From positions 32,001-96,000 of IMG/VR virus record IMGVR_UViG_3300025914_000009: DNA of 64,000 nucleotides; one strand, given 5' to 3'. Positions 57,057-64,000 of this stretch are shown piece by piece. The stretch comes from a virus. The notes under the pieces were generated by a model that worked only from the letters and a program-made list of their open reading frames with translations, was not told the origin of the DNA and did no database searches. How positions within the stretch are numbered: position 1 is the first letter of the stretch; each line of letters opens with the position of its first letter. A program made the translations under genes and the position numbers.

Positions 57057-57551
57057 ATGAAAGTAGTACAGGCACCACAAAGAGCAGACTGGTACATACC
57101 AGTCAGTATATTTTTGGCAGGATCAATTGAGATGGGACTAGCATCAGGATGGCAGGAAGAGGCAATTGAGTTATTTGAGAAATTCATTCCAAAGAAGCTG
57201 AACAATAAGTATCAGATTCTCAATCCCCGAAGGGATGACTGGGACAATAGTTGGGATAACTCTTTTGAAGATCCAACATTTAGTCAGCAGGTAAACTGGG
57301 AGCTCAGAGGTCTTGAGAAGGCTGATATGAGACTCTTCTATTTTGATCCAGGAACAATCTCTCCCATCAGCCTACTTGAGTTAGGTAGATATGGATTCAG
57401 TGGAACGGTTGTAGTATGCCCTGAGGGGTATGAAAGGAAGGGAAATGTAGATATCTTCTGTGACAGAATGAGCATTATGCAAAAGGATACGCTTGAAGAA
57501 GCAGCAAAGTACATAATTAAACAAACTAAAAGCAGGGCAAGTTATGGGTAA
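57057..57551 (+). CDS. Nucleoside 2-deoxyribosyltransferase-like protein
   Basis: IFLAGSIEMG, NPRR, QVNWE, SPISLLELG. Confidence 0.85.
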   Translation: MKVVQAPQRADWYIPVSIFLAGSIEMGLASGWQEEAIELFEKFIPKKLNNKYQILNPRRDDWDNSWDNSFEDPTFSQQVNWELRGLEKADMRLFYFDPGTISPISLLELGRYGFSGTVVVCPEGYERKGNVDIFCDRMSIMQKDTLEEAAKYIIKQTKSRASYG

Positions 57552-57843
57552 AACAGAAATCACACCTGGAGCCAAACTTAAATGTATTTTCTCACAGAAG
57601 CTTCCTGGAAAAGAGTATGCTCCTGCATTGAAACAAGATCAAGAGTATGAATGTAAGAGTATCCATCTGGACTCTAAAGGTAATCCTCACATTGATGTGG
57701 GTCTGCCTTTGGAGCTAAATTATGTAAAAAGTTATGCTACGGGAGAGGAACTTCCTGGTACAACTCATTGGTGTCACCCGAACAGGTTTGTTGTAACTGA
57801 GCAACCTGCTCACAAATATGCTGATGGAGGTCAGTATTTTTAG
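57544..57843 (+). CDS. Hypothetical protein
   Basis: 99 aa ORF. Confidence 0.65.
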   Translation: MGKTEITPGAKLKCIFSQKLPGKEYAPALKQDQEYECKSIHLDSKGNPHIDVGLPLELNYVKSYATGEELPGTTHWCHPNRFVVTEQPAHKYADGGQYF

Positions 57844-57845
57844 TT

Positions 57846-59411
57846 ATGAAAATCAATCCACTGAATCTGATAGATTTCTATAAGGCTGATCACAGGAGAC
57901 AATATCCTAAGGATACTACTCTTGTTTTCTCCAATTTTACTCCACGGAAGAGCAGAATCCCTGGTGTTGATCATGTAGTATTCTTTGGTTTACAATACTT
58001 TATCAAAGAATATCTGATCAAACAGTGGAATGAAAACTTCTTCCAAAAACCACTAGATGATGTTGTTAAGTCTTTCAACCGTCGCAAGGATAGTTCACTT
58101 GGGCCCAATTCCATTGGTAGTGATCATATTGTTGCTCTTCATGAACTGGGGTATCTCCCTTTACAAATTATGGCTCTACCTGAAGGCTCGAAAGTCCCAA
58201 TCAGAGTACCCCCTCTTATAATGTGGAATACCAGACCTGAGTTCTTCTGGTTGGTAAACTATCTAGAAACCTGTATGTCAGCCTCTTTATGGCAAGGTTC
58301 TACCTCTGCTACACTGGCTGCTGAATATAGGAAATTGCTCAATAGCTGGGCTCTTAAGACTGGTAGCCCTAAACAGATCAATGAGTTTGTGCAGTGGCAA
58401 GGCCATGACTTCTCCTTTAGAGGCATGAGCAGTATTGAATCTGCAGCAATCTCAGGAGCAGGACATCTTTTATCTTTCACAGGTACTGATACTGTCCCAG
58501 CCATAGATTTCCTTGAAGAGTACTACAATGCAGATGCAGATAGTGAGCTCATAGGTGGTTCTGTACCAGCAACCGAGCACTCTGTAATGTGTATGGGTAT
58601 GCAGGGAGGCGAGTTTGAGACATTTAAGAGACTTATTACTGAAATATACCCCTCAGGGATAGTGAGTATAGTCTCCGACACATGGGATCTCTGGACAGTT
58701 CTAACTGATTATTTACCAAGGCTTAAGGATGTAATTCTGGCAAGAGAAGGTAAGGTGGTTATCAGACCTGATTCAGGTGATCCTGTGGATATTATCTGTG
58801 GACTTCCTCCAGATTCAGCCAGTCTCCTAGGGAATGGTAAATGGCTACATACATACAAAGGTGGTGTAAAAGAGGGGAGTCCTCAACAGAAAGGTGTAAT
58901 AGAACTCCTCTGGGACATCTTCGGAGGTAAAATCAATGAAAATGGATACAAAGAGCTTGACTCTCATATTGGCGCTATCTATGGGGATTCCATTAATTTG
59001 GATCGGGCTAACTCAATTTGTCAAAGATTGGAAGCTAAGGGCTTTGCTTCAACTAATATTGTTCTGGGTATCGGTAGTTATACTTATCAGTATAATACTC
59101 GTGATACACAAGGCTGGGCTATGAAAGCTACCTATGGGGAGCTTCTCCCAACACCTTATCATAATGTCCCTGTAGAAAGAGAGATCTTTAAGGATCCAAT
59201 AACTGATGATGGAACTAAGAAGTCTGCTAAAGGTCTTATAGCTGTATATAAAGTATATGATGATCCAGAGTCAGATAATTATAGCTATCACATGACTGAT
59301 CAGGCTACTTGGGATATGGTAAAAAATTGTGCTCTTAAGCCAGTCTTTATAGACGGAAAACTGATGATAGATGATAGTCTTGCTAATATTCGGGCAAGAG
59401 TAGCAATGTAA
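57846..59411 (+). CDS. Nicotinamide phosphoribosyltransferase-like protein (NAMPT/Namat)
   Basis: DFYKADH, HDFSFRG, PATEHSVMC, SIVSDTWD, IRPDSGDP, YGDSI, KKSAKG. Confidence 0.93.
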   Translation: MKINPLNLIDFYKADHRRQYPKDTTLVFSNFTPRKSRIPGVDHVVFFGLQYFIKEYLIKQWNENFFQKPLDDVVKSFNRRKDSSLGPNSIGSDHIVALHELGYLPLQIMALPEGSKVPIRVPPLIMWNTRPEFFWLVNYLETCMSASLWQGSTSATLAAEYRKLLNSWALKTGSPKQINEFVQWQGHDFSFRGMSSIESAAISGAGHLLSFTGTDTVPAIDFLEEYYNADADSELIGGSVPATEHSVMCMGMQGGEFETFKRLITEIYPSGIVSIVSDTWDLWTVLTDYLPRLKDVILAREGKVVIRPDSGDPVDIICGLPPDSASLLGNGKWLHTYKGGVKEGSPQQKGVIELLWDIFGGKINENGYKELDSHIGAIYGDSINLDRANSICQRLEAKGFASTNIVLGIGSYTYQYNTRDTQGWAMKATYGELLPTPYHNVPVEREIFKDPITDDGTKKSAKGLIAVYKVYDDPESDNYSYHMTDQATWDMVKNCALKPVFIDGKLMIDDSLANIRARVAM

Positions 59412-59440
59412 TCTATTAGTTAAAATTAAATTTTAATCAC

Positions 59441-60286
59441 ATGTTCAAATTACTAAGAAGAGTAGCTAACCCAATAGTAGCTATTACTAAATCTGACGCT
59501 GCGATAGTTCGTGAAATTCACGATGATTTTGAAACAGCTTCTCAGAAAGCCTTAAATGAGGCTAAAAAGATCCTTGAGAGTTTGAATAATGCAGATGCTA
59601 AAGCTCAGGTAGATGCTTTAAAATCTGCAGGGTTTAATAATGTCCCTATAGTAAAGCAATGGCACGCAGAGGACTTGAAAAGGGCTGAGGCTGAGAAGAG
59701 AATTGCTGCTGTGGAAAAATATGCCATAAAATATCCTGGTCAGAAGTTCATCTTTATAGATCAGGTTAAGGCTATTTGCCAAAAGTACGGTCTTCTATGT
59801 GTTCCTGCATATAAATACAAAGGAGATGTTCCTCAAAAGAACATCTTGGAAATCAGCAAGTTCAAGGCTCTTCCAGAAGATACTTATCTGGAACAAACTA
59901 ATCGCTTTAGTGACAGAGTAGAGTTCGACTTTACTAAGAGGCACAACTTTGTTGATAGCAAACAAGCTCAAAAGATGAGAGATGATGTCAACCGTAGAAA
60001 CTCTTATCTACTGAATGACCAGAGCTTATGGCCTACTGGAACGGCTTTGCCTAGCTACCCTTCCTATACCTCTATGCCAACATTCACCTCAGTCCCATTA
60101 TTTATCTGTGCCCCTAAGGGAGATTTGATAGTGGATGATAATGACAAAGTGCACAATGGGGTCTTTATGAGTAGGGAGATCAAAGATCCTATTGTCCTGC
60201 ACTATGTGGGTGATGGTTTCCTGATTGTCTCTAAATGGGGCCCTGAGGCTGAAGATAAAGATCTCGTGAATGAAAATATGAACTAA
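59441..60286 (+). CDS. Hypothetical protein
   Basis: 281 aa ORF ending DPIVLHYVGDGFLIVSKWG. Confidence 0.7.
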   Translation: MFKLLRRVANPIVAITKSDAAIVREIHDDFETASQKALNEAKKILESLNNADAKAQVDALKSAGFNNVPIVKQWHAEDLKRAEAEKRIAAVEKYAIKYPGQKFIFIDQVKAICQKYGLLCVPAYKYKGDVPQKNILEISKFKALPEDTYLEQTNRFSDRVEFDFTKRHNFVDSKQAQKMRDDVNRRNSYLLNDQSLWPTGTALPSYPSYTSMPTFTSVPLFICAPKGDLIVDDNDKVHNGVFMSREIKDPIVLHYVGDGFLIVSKWGPEAEDKDLVNENMN

Positions 60287-60690
60287 TGGGACTATTGGAA
60301 GCTCAGATAAAAGCTGCCTTGGCTATTCAAAGGACTGAGGCAGCTCTTTCAGAAGCAAGAGGTAATCTAGCTACGCATTTCCCTGCTGAAAGTAGAGAAC
60401 ATATGGATGCCTTTCTTGCCTATATAGATTCTCTAATCAGTATTTCCATATCCCTAGGGAGGGTAAAAGAACTTCACGAAAACTGCCTAAAAGATGACCA
60501 AAGAAACACGCAAAAAGAGGGCTGAAATCCTCGAAAAGATTAGGAAATCTGAGGAAAAAGAGGTAAATTTGATACCTTTTTCACCTCAATCTTCTAACCA
60601 ATTCTTTCTGGGTTTCAAACTTAATAGTGACAAGGTAAATCAAATGTGGAGATGGGATACCCTCGAAGATGTTAAATTGTAAATTCATAT

Positions 60691-61386
60691 ATGGCTAACA
60701 AAACTATCAGAGATTATCACAAGATTTGCTTGGTAAGCCCCCCAGGGAAGGGTAAGACTTTCAGCTTTAGGAACATGAGTGAATCTACTACAGGATTTGT
60801 GAATGCTGAGAATAAACCTTTGCCTATTGAGAGAACTTTCAAACACTATGCAAAGCCAAAGAAGTTTGCAGGAGCTTTAAAAGCTATTGAGGATTATGCA
60901 AAGAATCCAGAAATAGACTGCATAGTAGTAGATAGCATGTCTGAAATATTTAACATGTTACTTGAAGAGATGAGAGTTAACTTTAGGGGATTTGATGTAT
61001 GGGATAATTATAATAGAGGTATTAGTAAACTTATGAACTTGGTCAAATCTGTGGAAAAGGAAATGTTCCTCACTGCTCACTATGAAGTGATAAACATTGA
61101 GGGAGAACCTGAGAAAAGGATTAAGACTAAAGGTAAAGAGTGGGAAGGCATGATCGAGAAAGAGTTTACCATTGTCCTGTATGCTGATAGTAAGTTTGAA
61201 AATGATAAACCAAAGTACTTCTTCAAACTGGCTGCTGAAGGTACAAGCGCTAAGTGCCCTCCAGGGGTGTTTGGTACTGATGTGTTCAAAATACCTAATG
61301 ATAGCAATGAAGTTCTGAAGAAAGTAGTCGAATTTGCAAAGAAGTCTGAGAGACAAGTAACTGATACAGAAGCTTTATTTAATTAA
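60691..61386 (+). CDS. AAA-family ATPase (Sak4/AAA_24-like)
   Basis: SPPGKGKT, IVVDS, TAH. Confidence 0.8.
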   Translation: MANKTIRDYHKICLVSPPGKGKTFSFRNMSESTTGFVNAENKPLPIERTFKHYAKPKKFAGALKAIEDYAKNPEIDCIVVDSMSEIFNMLLEEMRVNFRGFDVWDNYNRGISKLMNLVKSVEKEMFLTAHYEVINIEGEPEKRIKTKGKEWEGMIEKEFTIVLYADSKFENDKPKYFFKLAAEGTSAKCPPGVFGTDVFKIPNDSNEVLKKVVEFAKKSERQVTDTEALFN

Positions 61387-61399
61387 TAAAAAGTAATAT

Positions 61400-62233
61400 A
61401 TGAGTAAGATCTTCGAAAAACTTTTAGAAGACTTCAAGAAAGCTAATTTGGCTGCTAAGGAAAAACTGGCAGCCAAATATGGCTTTTCTAGCACTAGTGA
61501 ATATCTTAAATATCTGGAATCCCAGATTGCTGTAGATACAGCACTAGTTGAGGTGAAGACTACTACACCTAAAACAAAAAAGAAAACCAAGGTAGTAGAA
61601 CGTATCACCGTACATAATGTACATATCCTTGATGCCTCAGGGAGTATGTCAGGCCCCAAGTTTAATGCAGCCCTCACAGGTATAAATAAGGAAGTAGAAG
61701 AGATGAGAAAGGATAACTCTACTGACGTTACCCAAACTGTGGTACATTTCTCCGATCCTTATGATATCCAGACAGCTTTCTGGAAGACTCCTCTAGGGAA
61801 AGTAGGAACCTTTCATGCTGTGACAAGGGGTTCTACTGCACTCCTGCAGACTGTAGGTGAAACACTTACAAAGCTTCTCTCCGAGGCTAATGGTAAGGAT
61901 AAAGTTCTAGTGAAGATCTTCACAGATGGTCAGGAGAACTCTACAGCAATGAACTCGCCATGGAGAAGCACTAAAGCAGTAGCAGATCTCATCAAAGAAT
62001 GCGAGGCTAAAGGTTTCACTATTACCTTTGTTGGTACAGAGGAAGATGTAGCTTACGTCATAAGACTATTATCTGTTGACAAAACCAATACCCTTTCTCA
62101 TAAAAACACTGCAGAAAGCATTGGTGCTACTTATATGATGTCTACTGTGGCAACTGCTAAGTTCAGAAGTTCTGCTTCTCGCGGGGAAGATGTGAGCCGT
62201 GGATTCTATAGTAAGGAAACTGGTACATTATAA
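61400..62233 (+). CDS. vWA domain protein
   Basis: LDASGSM, GSTAL, FTDGQEN. Confidence 0.85.
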   Translation: MSKIFEKLLEDFKKANLAAKEKLAAKYGFSSTSEYLKYLESQIAVDTALVEVKTTTPKTKKKTKVVERITVHNVHILDASGSMSGPKFNAALTGINKEVEEMRKDNSTDVTQTVVHFSDPYDIQTAFWKTPLGKVGTFHAVTRGSTALLQTVGETLTKLLSEANGKDKVLVKIFTDGQENSTAMNSPWRSTKAVADLIKECEAKGFTITFVGTEEDVAYVIRLLSVDKTNTLSHKNTAESIGATYMMSTVATAKFRSSASRGEDVSRGFYSKETGTL

Positions 62234-62244
62234 ACTACACACAT

Positions 62245-62808
62245 ATGACAAAATTCAGAGATCTAAAAGTTGGTGAGAAACTGAGCGAAACTCAGTACTA
62301 TTCAGTGGTTAAGATTGTGGGAGATAAGGTACAATTGAAAGCAGACAATGGAGAGGATATAGTTCTTAATAAAGGCTATGTAGAAAATCTCCTGACTTCC
62401 TCAACTCAGTTCGAAAGAGAGGAAGCCATAACTAAAACAGACGCAGCAGCCCTATTTCTGGCTTCCCCAGGGGTTGTTATGACTGTTAATTTTAACACTC
62501 AGGTTAAGGAAAAAGATGCCATCGAGCAATTAAGAGACATCTATCCTAACAAAGGTGGGAAAATGACCAGTGAGGCAGATTATACAAAGAAAGTAAAAGA
62601 GATCATCTCTTCTGTAATCACTGGTAAAGAGAGAACAATGGTAGGAAGACACTATGGTTCTCAGAATGAGTTTGGAAGAGTTAGCTTCATTGATATGGAA
62701 GTTGATAAAGATCCTTCCAAACCTGACTATGATTCCAGAACAAGACAGGTTGACCCCCGCACAATTAACTGGATGATCATAAGAAGTGTTAAGTATAAAA
62801 TAAAGTAA
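62245..62808 (+). CDS. Hypothetical protein
   Basis: 187 aa ORF. Confidence 0.7.
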   Translation: MTKFRDLKVGEKLSETQYYSVVKIVGDKVQLKADNGEDIVLNKGYVENLLTSSTQFEREEAITKTDAAALFLASPGVVMTVNFNTQVKEKDAIEQLRDIYPNKGGKMTSEADYTKKVKEIISSVITGKERTMVGRHYGSQNEFGRVSFIDMEVDKDPSKPDYDSRTRQVDPRTINWMIIRSVKYKIK

Positions 62809-62812
62809 GCAT

Positions 62813-63670
62813 ATGAGTATCAAAGGTAAAGCAAGAGAGCAAAAGGAGTTTGTAAAGAAAACTGGGTTCTTTGAAGGAGAAGTGATAGCTATTAATCCTG
62901 ACAGGGAAAAGCTGGAGAAGATTCTCAGTACAACACTGGAAAAAGATCCAGAATATTTAGGTAAGGAAGATAAAGATGGGAGAGAAATTGTGAAATTAAA
63001 CATTGTGGCATGGATCAGGGATGTGAAAACAGGAGAACTTCGGAGTATCAGATTCTTTTTGAAAGATGTGGAGAAGGAAAATAAGGATAAGACCAAAAAG
63101 CAGTATATCAATGATGTTGGTATGACTACTTGGGCAGATGATCCCAAGAATCTTGCTGATTGGTTTACATCCAGGTCATATAGAGTGGCCCATGAAGGTG
63201 AAGAGGAATTATATAACTTTGCTATTACCTGGCTGAATAAGCTTGATACCAGAGATGCTGAGACAGTTTTAGCATTTGACTGGACTAAACTGATGAGAGG
63301 AAATGTCAAGGAGATCGCAGACCAGATAAATGGTGAATATAGTGGTACAATATGCTGCCTGGTGACTATGAGGACTGTCGATAAGGAAGGTGCACCAATG
63401 GAGTATGAACAAGTGTATAATAAAGAGTTCCTGCCTGGTTATGCTATGAAGCAGATCAGATTGAGGAAGATTGATAATAGCTTCATAGAAGGAGCTAGAG
63501 GAACTGAGAAGAAGAAAAGAACCAAACTGCAGAAGTTTGTTCTAAACATTGTTGACCCTCAGTATGGAATAAAAGATCATTTTACACTTGGAGAACTAAC
63601 TCCATATGATTCTACTAAGAATATTACATCTGGAAATTCAGTGATCGCTGAAGACGATACAAGCTATTAG
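62813..63670 (+). CDS. Replication-module protein (possible ssDNA-binding protein)
   Basis: 285 aa, acidic C-terminus EDDTSY, upstream of primase. Confidence 0.55.
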   Translation: MSIKGKAREQKEFVKKTGFFEGEVIAINPDREKLEKILSTTLEKDPEYLGKEDKDGREIVKLNIVAWIRDVKTGELRSIRFFLKDVEKENKDKTKKQYINDVGMTTWADDPKNLADWFTSRSYRVAHEGEEELYNFAITWLNKLDTRDAETVLAFDWTKLMRGNVKEIADQINGEYSGTICCLVTMRTVDKEGAPMEYEQVYNKEFLPGYAMKQIRLRKIDNSFIEGARGTEKKKRTKLQKFVLNIVDPQYGIKDHFTLGELTPYDSTKNITSGNSVIAEDDTSY

Positions 63671-63741
63671 TTCATGATTCGGTTTTTTTTTCATTTTGAC
63701 CCTGCTATTCCTAGCGGGGTTTTTCTTTTTAACTTTGTATC

Positions 63742-64000
63742 ATGATAAAAGGAGCTAAAAGAGTAGACCTCTCTATTGATACTATCCTTGAGAAGGTGAG
63801 TGAGTATGAGATATACAGATACTATATTGGTCATGATTTTGTGCTAGGAAAGACATTCTGTTCCCCTTTTAGGAAGGAGAGCGATCCTAGCTTCTCTGTA
63901 ATAGTTTCTAAATCAGGGAGATTGCATCATCTTGATTATGGAGACTCTACAAAGAGGGGGGATTGTGTAGATCTTGTTAGGCAAATGTATATGGGTATTA
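63742..64000 (+). CDS. DNA primase, N-terminal part (runs off right edge)
   Basis: MIKG...EYEIYRYY...FCSPFRKESDPSFSV...DYG...GDCVDLV Zn-binding-like domain. Confidence 0.75.
   Translation, partial: MIKGAKRVDLSIDTILEKVSEYEIYRYYIGHDFVLGKTFCSPFRKESDPSFSVIVSKSGRLHHLDYGDSTKRGDCVDLVRQMYMGI

Noticed and set aside
62530-63309. 259 aa minus-strand ORF
   Set aside because: Antisense to two well-formed plus-strand genes, with shadow-like composition

Overview
64 kb of a large AT-rich phage genome with crAss-like (Crassvirales-type) gene order and Bacteroidota-type promoters (TTTG-N19/20-TAnnTTTG). The minus-strand arm (1-18.9 kb) carries the virion module (terminase, portal, scaffold, major capsid, ring and auxiliary proteins, M15 endolysin, HU/IHF) and 25 tRNA genes covering all 20 amino acids. 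The plus-strand arm (19.7-64 kb) carries small accessory genes, ADP-ribose/NAD enzymes and replication genes (PolB, DnaB-like helicase, AAA ATPase, primase). Two unusual systems stand out. (1) The tRNA genes form three operons, each preceded by a promoter, a short leader peptide whose central codons match the tRNAs of that operon, and an antiterminator/terminator pair. This looks like ribosome-mediated attenuation that senses tRNA availability. (2) A Ro60/TROVE-like vWA protein gene is followed by a tandem array of stem-closed 'ACAGCAAA' RNA cassettes carrying circularly permuted tRNAs, an acceptor-less tRNA and anticodon hairpins (Y-RNA-like). Also seen: tRNA-like RNAs with replaced or missing anticodon arms, a recurrent GTTTCTAC-capped hairpin, and strong over-representation of the palindrome CCCYNRGGG. 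All calls come from reading the sequence by eye; no searches were run.
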